Of a stretch of DNA of 64,000 nucleotides, positions 12,660 to 24,650 are shown one piece after another. The position numbers and the translations under genes were made by a program. The notes beneath the pieces are model-generated. The model saw nothing but the letters and a program-made list of their open reading frames with translations, ran no database searches and was not told the DNA's origin. Each line of letters begins with the position of its first letter. Within the stretch, counting starts at the first letter, position 1. Source of the stretch: Octopus bimaculoides. Its lineage: Eukaryota. The stretch covers positions 59,039,421 to 59,103,420 of the forward strand of contig NC_068994.1 of NCBI RefSeq assembly GCF_001194135.2, read 5' to 3'.

Positions 12660-13664
12660 TTGAGTGCTCCTGGTAACATGTAATCCAGTACAACCTGTTG
12701 CATGGTCGGGTCGTCGGCTTGTTTAGTAAGGGAGGGTTGGACACCCTGCAGAATGAAAAATAAGACCACGGGGGAACTCATGAGCAGTCAACAAATGATC
12801 CTGGACAAGATCTGAAACTGCATCTGATGACAATGGGCTTTGTTTTGAGGAAAGTGGAGCTACCTTTTAATTTGTCATTGCTCCCAGGTCCGCCTTGGTC
12901 CGGAGCGGTAGCACCTGTTAAGACTAGGAGAAGGACAACTCCGGGTCCTAAATGTCGTATCACCAGCGGCATTTCCTCCCAGCAGCAGTCTAAGACGGTT
13001 TCTGGAAATTCGAAATTCCTGGTGTTGATTTTTCTTCTCGAGAAATAAAAGTTCCACTGGGCCTGAGGTTCCAATGCAGTTTCTTCAATGTCGAATACTT
13101 CGTTCTAAGGTAAAAAAAAAAAAAAAAAAAAACCCTTCAGCTATCATTTCCTTCAGCTGCTCAGGATATTTAGTAACAGCCATTGTGTCGGTACTAATGG
13201 CTTCACCAATCATTTTTACGTTGCACAAATTCAAGCGCTTCTTAAACCTTTCAAACTAACCTTTATTGGTTAGAAAAGATTTTGCATTAGAAGTTTCACC
13301 CTTCTTTTTTTCTGCAAACCACCCTACAAACTTTAGGCCTTGTTTTAAAATTACCATCGTGCTTACCAGTGCAATACGTCCAGTCTGATTCTTCATCCGC
13401 AAACTCAAGAACCGTTTCATTTTATGCATCACTGTTTTTTTCTTTAAACAAATAACGTCAGCGCAGTTGACGGTGTAATTCCTCGAGCATTTGACTTCAT
13501 TTTCTTTCTATTGTCACATATTTCTCCACCGTAGACGTTACAAGTTTTAATGTTTTGGCAATGAGACTAATTTTCTTTCTCTTCTGCTTCATGTCCTTAA
13601 GTTTAAAATCCAGTGCCATCCATTTACGCTCATCCATTCGACTTGATGCCTTCTCTCCGGACAT
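12660..13664 (-). pseudogene. Tigger/pogo (CENP-B-like) transposase pseudogene
   Basis: Frameshifted minus-strand pieces: MSGEKASS..KLKDMK, KG*FERFKKRLNLCNVKMIGEAISTD..YPEQLKEMIAEG, EVFDIEETAL, RLRLLLGGNAAGD, matching Tigger GWF.RFK / FNVDET / RLTLLLGANAAGD motifs. Confidence 0.85.
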
Positions 13665-15571
13665 CCTGAATTGCAGGTAAATCCAACTGCAATGGCGATC
13701 AACAATTATCCACAACAAATTTGTAGTAAAAACAAATGACACCGGAAAAGAACTGTTTTTGTAATAGAAAAAGACTGTTGTCCTATTTCTAAGAAAGTTA
13801 GAATGTATGTGAGAAGATAAAAGGGAGGAAGCATTGAGGTAGAAGGAATTACTGTATGATTACCGTTAGTTGAAGGCATCGGGCTGGTTAGATGGGTCTT
13901 AGATAGTATGAAGCTTAGCTGCGTGCTGTCCCACAATAAAACTATGGTTTAATTAGCATTTATTTTTACAGGAGTATATCACAATATTTACATAATTATA
14001 GAGTGACTTGCCAAAGGTGTATTGTGGTGTGCTACAAGCAAATGTAGAAATAGAAAAGAACGGCTTCGTGTGTGATGAAGTGAAGATATTGTGTTCGTTG
14101 TACGTGCTTGGAGAAGTGTATTGTAGACAAAGAGTTTATTTTGAACACAGGTCTAGCACGGACCAAGAATCCTGTGTTCGTCTATCTTCTCAAGCATCTG
14201 CGCTGATACGGGCGCGCTTTCGCTTTAATAACCTCCATTTAGAACATTCGATAATATGAAGTGATCTCCCTGCAAGCTGATTGGTTACTATTCGGGGCAC
14301 GTCGCCATATGTAAGTGTGGTCTGACCTTAGTTACTAAAGCTGTAATTCTTTGGTTTTCGGCTTCGCTACAAAGGATATGGGCACTTCACACCTTGCTTC
14401 TCTGAGTTGATCCACAAAACCTCACAACTCTACTAACACACGCGCGTGCACGTGTATACACCGTTGTGTTGACATAAAACATACGTGGCTACAGACATAG
14501 TTATCATGCTGGTACTATTATTATCATTGCTAGTCGGTTATTCAAAATTTCGTTGACCAAGACTTTGTGAGTGAACTTGTCAGGCGGAAACTTTGCAGAA
14601 GACCGCTGGATACACACTATGTCCGCGTATTAAAATTTGTTATGTATTCTGTGACTTTCAATAGCTATGCCAGGTTTTAACAAATGTATATCATGTGCAT
14701 CCATTTAGTTTTTCTTTCTTACTGTGATATGATCCAGGAAAATCAGTTCCAGAAGTTATCATTTTTTTAGTCTTTCAATCCGTCGTTTGAAAGAGCGAAA
14801 TAACGAGTGTGGTGGAAAGCTAAATGTCAAAATATTCACTGAAAACTGTCAAATATTTTTTGTTGAAATTATCCACATCTGTTTTGTCACAAGTTGTTCG
14901 AGTTATGTCAATGTAAATCTCATAATATGTTGCCTTTATATATAATATAAACTAGATATACTTATCCTGGAAATTTAACGATGTATTTCATGTATTATTA
15001 TATGAGCGTGTTTAAAAAAAAACAAGTAAATGGTATCTTATGATTTTCACATTTTCTCGAGTAACAAAAGAAGTAAAACCTATACAATTATATAACTTTT
15101 TCTTCTTTCTTTTTCTATATTTTTCTTCATTTTCTACTAATTCCAGTTTGTCAGACACTTGAAATTACTGTTCTGGAAACTGGAAAAAATATTTCTTTAA
15201 GACTTTGGTGGTGGTGGTGGTGGTGGTGGGGTGGGGATTAAGGGTTCCACTGTTACTTTTAGCCCATCTACTGGCTCTGATGATAATTTTACAAGAAAAA
15301 GAAAAATATTTCTATCCCCACTCCTTTAGTAGAGTCCCAATCAGTCTCCATCTCCATAAGGTACCTCTTCATCTGCCGTGACCATGTGGCTGACCAACAC
15401 CAGCCGGATTCCTCAGTGAATAGTCCAACTCGGAAAATCGAGCAACATGGCCGAACAGTAGGATAAGACTAAAATTTTTCATTCCATGCTTTTGGTCATT
15501 ATACAAGTTGAGTTTTTATTTCTATAAATTATATATATATCATAAATGATCGTTTTTGTAGTGGTTGTATT

Positions 15572-15704
15572 CAGGGCCGGCCCTAGGGTTGCTGGTAAGC
15601 TGAACTTTGGTGTGTCGTGGAAATTTCCTTCTCTTTGTCACGCCCTCCTAGCACATGTCGCCCCGGGCGACTGCCCGAGTTGCCGGTGCCTTGAGCCGGC
15701 CCTG
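15572..15704. mobile_element. Intact hAT (Tip100/MER45-like) MITE, 133 bp
   Basis: TIRs CAGGGCCGGCCCTAGG / (rc) CAGGGCCGGCTCAAGG; identical 8-bp TSD GTTGTATT at 15564-71 and 15705-12. Confidence 0.9.
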
Positions 15705-16822
15705 GTTGTATTTATTGGGACCCCGGTGCATTGCTTTGCCATGGGACTTATAAGACTACTAAGACAAGTGTGCAGGAATCGTTATTTTTTATTACTAATG
15801 AATGTCTTATTTTCAGCGATGCTGCCTTAATAAGTCAATGATGCCGTTGAAAAATAAAATGAAATCTATGATAATAACCTACTTTTATGCACGAACTTTT
15901 TAGTTTCGCTCACTCGGGGTAACCACGTTATTTTGGTACCATTCCCCATTATTGTTGTTTTTTTTTTATTGATATTTCACTTATATGTATCTAAAGCGAA
16001 AGGTTGCCCCAGTTTTTTCGATGTATTAGAATTTGTTGTTGATTTTTAAAAAAAATATTTTAAATAGTTTGTCATTTTTATTTTCGTGTTGTTGATTAAA
16101 AGGAAATATAAATTAGTCCAATGTTGTTGTTTACCATACCATTTCCATTTATACAAAATATTTCACTGATGTCAGTGATTTACTACCTGTCACAATTCTG
16201 TAACTTTAGCTCTGTTTCGCCGATTCTTATCTTTCAGCTATCTGTCAAACATTACTTGATATTTCACCGAATGAGTCGAAAAAAATCTTAAGGATCGTCT
16301 CTAACAAAAACACATCTTAATTACAATCCCAAATACCGGCTTCTCTCACGAAACGATTCGAGAGGTAACATTTGCAGACGCCATTTTGATTTTAAAAAGT
16401 GAAAGTAGAATTGTAAGCTCAAATATCGTCATAAGATCGTTCGAAGTTTAGAGAAATCCATGAAATTCATAATTCCTTTTAAAATTATTATTTTTCTTAA
16501 GCGTTTGTGGTGATTCTTCGTTTTCTGGGCGGCCCCAAGAAAGTGAACCATATTTTGAAGAGAAGTAATTTAATGGAAACGAAATCCTTAATCTATAATG
16601 CTTGGTTTACTGTTAATCGCTAGAACTCTTTTCTTTTAGCATTTGATTGACTTTGGCTTCAGGCTTCTTTATCTGACCCAGACGTAGGAGTAACACGTTT
16701 ACATGCAAGCTGCCCGGCTTTGTATGCCTCTGGCTGGATTGAACAAAGTGAGTCAATATGGCGGTTATCATTTACTGTCTTCTTTTATTTTTGAGATTAT
16801 ATTCTCCTACAAAATATTCAGT

Positions 16823-17330
16823 ATGCCGTGGAGAATTAAGCGGTCTGGTGCTCAGAAGAGGAAAATTTCTAATGAAAGAAGTGAAAAAAAAAACAAAAAA
16901 ACCCAACAAAACAAAACGAAAACGCTACCGTGTTGGCGAAAATACATCGTCTGACAGAAACAAAATCTCAAAAGCTAATGAAGAATCAGTAACAGATGCC
17001 CCATCTGAGGAGCTAGCGGCATTTCCAGGTGAAACATCTGCAGAAAATTGGAGGAACGTATCAACTGAAAATATTCAAGATGAAGAATCGCCACATCTTA
17101 CCGACATGGATAGTGATTCTCTATCATGGAATCTAGACCCAGTCATGTAGTTTTCTAACCGTGTTCTTTCGGTCAGAATTGCTACATGTCGATATATATA
17201 TGCTTCCGACTCCATCTCAGAATTGACGCTGCTATTAATCAGGTGAATGCAAACTGGATGGCCATTGTTATTTTAAAAATTCAATGGTTTATACTATTCA
17301 TGTCTGTCTAAATTAGTAACCATTATTAAA
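16823..17330 (+). pseudogene. Decayed N-terminus of a hAT (ZMYM1/Tip100-like) transposase
   Basis: MPWRIKRSGAQKRKI (cf. SGAQKRK starts), frameshift in an A-run, acidic linker, then LDPVM* (cf. DPALW with TGG>TAG). Confidence 0.55.
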
Positions 17331-18266
17331 AGTAATTTTGAAGGAAGTGCCTAAAGAAGATACCGATCGACTTCAGTTCTTGTCTGGAACTTATTTTGTG
17401 AACCTCGAAAGGATGAAAAACTAAGTTTCCCCTCAGCAGGGTTTGAACTCAGAATATAGAGCTTCAACAAATAACGCAAGGCATTTTTTTCTCACACTCT
17501 ACCGATTCTGTCAATCTATCAGCCAATTTTCGTCTTTTAAAAATAAAAGAAAAGAAATATTCTGTGTTTTACCTCAATAATTTCTATCGCTTTACTTGAT
17601 GAGGTCGTTTGACTTGTTAGAAATAACAGGCAAATCTCCTTTAAATCATAGAAAGCTGCTCCTACGTGGTCGCCCGACCATCTACAAATACACACTAACT
17701 CTCCCAAAATTCTTTAAAAAGAGGATATATTGGACAATGTATTCCTAGCTACCCTTAAAAAGACAGGATGATCCAGAGTGGAATGTCTTTCACCATAAGT
17801 CTATTTGATCAGAGTTAACCTGGGGCTAAACACACACACACAAACACCTAAAAGAACACACTCGATCGCACCAATGGCCTCTACATCATACAGCAACTTC
17901 CAAATGAGATAAAAATATAACTCGATTTGCCTTGCACACTCACTCAACAAAGCGAAGTTGTAGCCAAGAGAATCGGGAATAAAATTATCGAAACCGACCA
18001 AGATTTATCTTCTTTCTGTTAACGAGAGTTACCGGCCTTGAGTTGGATTTACCTCGTTATTTCGTGAAAGCACGTGCACGCAGGTATGTGCATGCATGCA
18101 TACATACATACATACATACATACATAAACGCACATATACATACGTTACATACATACATAGACACACACACATACATACGTTACATAAATACATAGATACA
18201 CAGATACATACACACATACATACGTAGACACACACACATACATGCAAACAAACAAACAAAAGAGAC

Positions 18267-18720
18267 AGTGAAGTCGTTGAAGCTACAAGATGCAATCGAA
18301 AATGTGGATTCAGTCCTATTTCTGTGGAAGACATTAAAACATGGGCTCAGCAGCTGCTGAAAAATGTCAAGGTACAACCTCCCTATGCAATACGATGCTG
18401 TTGCAAAAACAATATACAATGCTATCCCCTCACCCCACCTCCAAAGGATTGTACTGGGATAAATATAGAGATCCCCCCCCCCTCTGCTATTATTGAATAC
18501 TTACACAAACATCAACACAACAAGTTTTGGTGGAACATTCCCATCAAAACTTCTAGCAAGTGCAAACGTAAGAGATCGTTGTTTGGGCCGGACAAGTAAC
18601 AGGTATGTATAGTCATAGAGGTCAGCTATTTGTATACCCGCTTTTGGTCTGGCCACAAACGTAATGAAGACGAAGATTCTTGCACGGGGATCGCCCAGTC
18701 AACCTCCCTCTGACACCAGT
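18267..18720 (+). mobile_element. Probable Helitron RepHel N-terminal remnant
   Basis: RCCCKNNIQCYPLTPPP (cf. MCCSNGKVKLPPLEAPP), then TTSFGG (cf. MTSFGA) in the +1 frame across a poly-C run. Confidence 0.45.
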
Positions 18721-21509
18721 GACACAAGACTACGTGTACTATATATATACATGATGTTTAGCTTTTCCTTTAGCTATTTGATATATTTCTTTGCTGTCCC
18801 CTATACCTGAAGTGTTTCTAAACAGGTCTCTTAGTTCTTTTTAAACCTGAAAAACTAGTTTTAAATTTGAACTCTCAGTGAACAAAATGGAAGTGCAATT
18901 ATTCTGCACAATTGACAGCATAAAAGAATTAAGAAAGCATTTGAATTGGGTGATTCGTGATATTATTATCGAAAGTAGTTGCTTGTTAGAAGATTTTTAA
19001 TTTTTGTCTGCAAATTACAATTCCATCTGCTCCACATGCTTTGTTATTGGCATGTGGAATTAAACATCCCTGTATTTCCAAAGATTTTTTTTTTCTATTC
19101 TGTGTACATCAGTAGAGTTCTTCCTTCAAAGTTGATAATTGTCCTCATTTATAATTTATCAATTATTTTCTCCTTAACTATTTAAAGCCCTATGGCTTTT
19201 TAGATTTCTTGCAATTCCACAAATCCAAATAACAAAACGCTGTTTACCCTTTTGTCCATTTATATGACATTTGGGAACAATTGCTTCCCCCTGCTTCAAT
19301 TGAAAACAAATTTCACTCAAATAAATGCTATAAAGATAATTTTGTTCACTTAAGAATATAATTTTTTTTAAAGTTGTCTATTTTATGCATAACAGTGTGA
19401 ATCAGAACTAAAATCTGAATACCACAAATGCCTCAGTTAAATGAAAATGCAAACACATTCTCTCTGGACGGCTGATGTGCATAGAGGAGAGGAGAGAGAC
19501 TTCTTCATGGGTTGTTAACCACTCCTCGCAAGATGGAACTAGTTTCTTTCCCCTGTCAATAGGATACATAGACCATTGAGCAGTTGTAAATTAAACTAGT
19601 ACATTTGTGGATAGCCTAATTTGCATATTTGTACGTTTTGCAGTTCATCGTTAATTAAACAATATTTGTCTATGCACAACACAGTGAAAATCTAGAAATA
19701 AATTTAAATATCATAGAACTTTACAGTGAGTTAAATAAGAATGTAAATACATACTTTCTACAGTATTAATTTTTTGGTACAAAGGAATAGTATAGTGTGA
19801 TTACAGAATTATTTAACCCATAATGAGGTTTTATAATATTTATTTCAATTCTTCTGAATCAGTGTTGCATAATATGGACATTGTTTAATTAATGTCAAGC
19901 TGTGACAAAGCACAAATATGGAAATTAGGCTATCCACAACTGTACTAACTTAATTTATGACTGCTTACTATAGAGGCTGACCTATGCTATTGACTGGAGA
20001 AAGAAACTGTGTCTTCTTTGAGGAGCAGTCAACAAACCACGAAATGGTCAGTCAGAATACTCTCTCTCTCTTCTTTTTTTTTTTCTGCACATCAGTAGTG
20101 TAGTATACATTTACACTTTTATTAGATCTACAGTGAAGCCTCATAATATTTCAATTAATTTTTATCTCTTATACTTTGTTTTTCATAAAAATGAATGCAA
20201 GCCACAAATACTGAACTAAAACAAAAAAAGATTAGAATATGAATACAAACAACAAAGAAGGAATTAAAATCTTTATATACTAAAATTGTACACCAAAGTT
20301 TTATGAAATATCAAATGTTAAATGTCTTTTAGATTTGTCAACAGAAGAAATCTCCCTGGCAACTAATAAAATAAAATTTTATATAAGATGGATACAATTC
20401 AAAGAAGTGAAGTGATTGGTTGCTCTTGCATGAGTTATGAGGCTGCTACAATAGTTTATTAATGAAGAGATATTTTGCAATTAGGGTTTAACGAGTTCTG
20501 ACCAAAATTCATTATATATGCTTTTACCAGGAGTGTCTTAACAAGTGCATTTTTGATGGGCAATAACTGACCAAACTGTTTGGGATTTCATCAAATTGAA
20601 TCCCTTTTACAGAAGTTCGGCCTTTCCTGATCTGTTGAATCTTTGGGTTTTAATATTTGGAGGTAAACTTATATTTCTGTTGTTTGCTTCTGGCATTCAG
20701 CTCCAATTACTAAACATGGCATCTCGAGACTGTTACACTGCAATATCGAACCCCTCATACTCTGACTGACAATAGTCTCTCTTCGTTTCCACGATGAGTA
20801 CTCAGTAACCCAATCAACTGAGTTACTGAATACTCATTGATGTGCAAGTGGCTGAGTACTCCACAGACATGTACTCTCATCACAATTGTCAATTGGATCA
20901 TTACATTACACACACAATCCCACCTCATTTGTTTCCAGTTTCCATTCAAAAAGCTACAGTTGTGGCACAAGTCATTGCCCAGGATTGCCAAGTAGAGAGC
21001 TTGAACTGGATATCTCATGATTTGCAAAGCAAACTTCTTAATCATTTAGCCATCCAGTATTACAAGACCATGGGGACAGGCAATTCCTAGATTAGACTGA
21101 AACAAGTATTTCAGAGATTCCAGTGACTATCCTGTCCACAGCTGTTTGACAATATTGCATCTTATTAGAAATTTAAAGATCTTCCAAATTGTTCTTTTCA
21201 ACTGGGAATATTTGTTGTTTAATGGCAACGACATCACCATTGTAACAGCACCGAGTTTTCAACACGAGTTGAAGCAAGAGCCTCCTATAAGAGACAGCCT
21301 CCTTCTCCTATTTAGATAATCAAATAGGAAGCACATAAAATTCTTGCAACATCAAAGCAAACCAGGGCTCAAGAAGTACCAACAGCTCAACTGTCCACAG
21401 GTGAGGTTAAACGAGTGCAAAGTTATGGGACTACAAAGTAGGTGTGATGGCAAGAGGATTTGCAATAATTAAGTGAAGCTGATTAACGAGGATCACTTGG
21501 AGAATAATA

Positions 21510-21950
21510 ATGATAATGATGGTTTCAGATTTTGCTACAAGGGCAGCAATTTTGGGGAAGGGGATGAGTCAATTACATCGACCCCAGTGGTTCACTGGTA
21601 CTTAATTTATCAACCCTGAAAGAATGAAAGGTAAAGTCGACCCCGTTGGAATTTGAACTCAGAACATGCAGATGGACAAAACACCATTAAGCATTTCGCC
21701 CAGCGTGCTATAATAATAATAATAATAATAATAATAATTCTTTCTGGCACAAGGCTTGAAATTTTGTGTGGGGAGGGAGGGGAAGAGTCGATTACATTGA
21801 CCCCAGGACTTTACTGGCTCTTATTTTATCAATCCCAAAAGATGAAAGGCTAAGTCAACCTCGACAGAATTTTAACTCAGAGAATACAGTAACGGATGAA
21901 ATGCCTCTAAGCATTTTGCCAAGTGTGCTAATGATTCTGCCAGCTCTCAG
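21510..21950 (-). mobile_element. Two tandem family-C SINE copies, each with an (ATT)n tail
   Basis: Both carry GTCGA(T)TACATCGACCCCAG..GAAAGAATGAAAGG..GAATTTGAACTCAG; (AAT)n at 21483-21500 and 21711-21738. Confidence 0.75.
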
Positions 21951-22099
21951 CCTTCCAAATAATAATAATAATAATAATCTGGCTTACAAAAATATGCAAA
22001 TTTGAACATTTTAAGAAGAAGATTAAAAAGAAAAAGTATGCACAAAAGTAAAATATTTTATTCCCTTTTACTTCATTAATGAAAAAGAAAAACCTTGTA

Positions 22100-23400
22100 T
22101 TCTTGGTGAGACGATCGCCTCCCTCATCAAAAACTGAAAAACTGTGAATCTCCAAAATGTGCAACAATAGTTTTGAATGCATGAATGGATGAGGAAATCA
22201 CTGGCCAAACCTCTCTACACAGGAGGATGTGTAGGAAAAACATCACAGGAAATGGAATCAAATGTTTCTGACAGCTGAACAAAGATACATTTGTAATTGC
22301 ATTAAAATAACAAACTACATTAAGTTATATTGACAGGAAGGACAAATTGTTCTGAATAATATTTCAACTGATATGTAAATCACAAATTTAGTTTACTGCT
22401 ACCACTCTCTCTCACTACTAATAAACAATGGATGATACTGATTTCCTCCAAATGCTTTCATTATGTACCTTCCCTGTCCATCTTTCACTTGTAAAATTAA
22501 TAATTTAATCCATTGAAATTAGACTCAATATTCCTCACTGCATTGAACTGATGAAATCCAACTAGATTGAAATAGCATTTATAAATGAATGCTAAGAACT
22601 TTATGATTAAAAGAAAAATGAAAGGAAAGGCAATTTAATCAAATAACTATATTTTCATCGTTTCATTTTACTAAGCAAACCTATTTCTGTTCTCAGCTTG
22701 CTTCAGTTACATTTCCATCCTCAGTGTTTGGTGAGAATAAAGTCTGTAATGTATCAGATAGTTGGGGCTCCACTAAAGGTAAATCTTAGCCCCTCAAAGC
22801 AGATGCGAAACAGAATGAATACATTGTTATCAAAATGTATGGTTCAAATGGAAAGTATAACTACAGTTTGGTAAAAGGGACTGATAGGATAAGTACCAGG
22901 TTTAAAAGGAAAAAAAAAATACTGGGGTTGAGTCATTTGACAAAAATTCTTCAAGGCAGTGCCCCAGCATGGCCACAGTCCAATGACTGAAACAAGTAAA
23001 AAGGTAAAAGAGAAGTTGCTGACATACCTGGATTATATTTGAGGCTAATTCATAATAAATACCTGGATTATATTTGAGGCTAATTCATGATAAATTCCTC
23101 TGCAAATCACATCACGAGGCTCTTCTATCTCTTTGGTTTTTGAGAGTTGTAATAATCTTTAAATTCTCATTTATTTTTAAATGTATATCACTGCTTTATA
23201 TGCTAACAATTTCTGACCCTTTTCACACCTTTGTCCATCATACAAAACCAGTTCGCTATTCCCTATTTTTTGTTTCACAAAAATGGAAATTTAACCGCAA
23301 ACAATCTTGGGTTTATAATCCCCAAGCGTCTTATAACGGAATTTATATGATTTCAATTTAGTTGGATATCATCAGTTTCAGTGAAGAGAGACCACACACC
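22100..23400 (-). mobile_element. Highly decayed CR1/L2-like RT remnant, interrupted by a SINE
   Basis: QLSETFDSISCDV (cf. DLSKAFDSVDH) near 22270; RLLQLSKTKEIEEPRDVICRGIYHELASNI (cf. KLNPSKACGPDNIPARVLKECASEL) near 23070-23165. Confidence 0.4.
22870..23010 (+). mobile_element. SINE module B fragment
   Basis: GATAAGTACCAGG..CTGGGGTTGAGTC..GTGCCCCAGCATGGCCACAGTCCAATGACTGAAACAAGTAAAA. Confidence 0.65.
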
Positions 23401-23949
23401 TCTCTTGGTTAAATCATTTATTTGGAACTGATCAAATGTATCTAGAGCCAACAACAAATGCGTTTTGCAAGCCTACACCACCAGATGAGCAGTTTGTCTA
23501 TTTACTAATCTAAGATAACAAACTCTAACTACTCTGCTATGTGCTTCATGGTAGGTCATATTTCTTGCACACATCCAAACACACTTATTAACAGATCAAT
23601 CTAGCCGGTCACATGTGAAATTTGAAAAACTTTCATAAAAACTATCAAAGTACATTTAATAATTGTGAGTAGATTGTCAAATGTTAGTAATACGATTGCT
23701 TTTGAGAACCGTCCTTAGAATGGGTGAATTGTTACATTAAAATCTTTCAATATGTTGATGCTTTTAGGAAAGAAGAACGGCCAGAACAGATTTGAAGGGC
23801 TGCAGGAAATGACTGTATAAGAATTATTCAGCAAAGAAGTTTGGCATGGGAAACGGTAAGGGTAAAGAGAGAAAAGAAATGCTAGTTCAGAAGAACAGAA
23901 AGAGGAAAATAGTTGTAAGCCTGGGTAAATGTCCATTTTTGAAGTGTGG

Positions 23950-24650
23950 TCACAGAACCGCCCTCAATATGTGGACAGTACCCTTGAGTGGGTAATTTTT
24001 TAGTTTTGTCAAGTGTCAGTCAATGACCAGGGCCGAAGTATTTCCTGATCCCATATAGGAATCCCAATCTTCAAAATATAATTTTGACAAATGCTATAAA
24101 TGGAGAGAAACCAAGAGAGATCCTCTCTGAAGGCTTAAAATCTGCAGCATTTGAGGACTTTTGCTGGGTTACTGAGGACAAGAACGTGCTTCTTTGATAT
24201 GTTTAGTGATTGCTGCTCAGTGTCAGTCAAGAAGGAATACAGCTGCAGGCATGACAGAGTCGAAGCTTATGTACATTAGCAGCTATTTTGAAATAACAAC
24301 AGAAAAGAGTTTGCAATAGGGAAGGTCTGCGAGGATGATAAAGAGATCATACTCTGGGGTATGTCGTGTAACACAGCAAGGGAGATCAATAATAAAAAGC
24401 CAGATGTTGTTGTCAAGGACGACTAGGAAACGAGGTAACCGAAGTATCCTTTCCAAGAGTTGATAAAATATCTCTCAAAGAAATTAACCAAATATAAAGA
24501 CCTGAAAACAGAGAAATGTGGAGAGTGGAAACAAACAATCCTATGATAGGTGTTTTAGGAATGATTAAAAAAACAAGCAGACAAATACATAAACCCAAAT
24601 GCCAGGACTTGTGTACGCATAAAGTAGATATATTGTATCAGAAACTGTAA
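23950..24650 (+). mobile_element. RLE-type (R4/Dong/NeSL-like) non-LTR retrotransposon C-terminal remnant
   Basis: Frameshifted RHDRV (24247-61), KVCEDDKEIILW, NKKPDVVVKD (about 24391-420), KLTKYKDL, TIPMIGVLGMIKK. Confidence 0.65.

Noticed and set aside
16663-16747. LYASGWI resemblance to the ferredoxin reductase C-terminus
   Set aside because: Seven-residue match only; no flanking FDXR motifs or other exons found.
16758-17150. 130-aa ORF resembling a secreted precursor (hydrophobic start, basic cluster)
   Set aside because: Better explained as frameshifted hAT transposase sequence: the SGAQKRK frame joins it across an A-run and it ends at DPVM*.
19248-19290. 43-nt minus-strand exon candidate (GEAIVPKCHINGQK) that could precede the micro-exon in phase
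   Set aside because: Mediocre splice sites and an unrecognisable joined peptide; likely chance.
20450-21400. Long non-repetitive-looking stretch with ORFs of 82-96 aa
   Set aside because: Multiple stops in all frames and only faint RT-like words; probably an ancient TE, not confidently classifiable.
23063-23165. Apparent coding exon ending CAG|GTAT
   Set aside because: The peptide matches the pre-RT region of a CR1/L2-like LINE.
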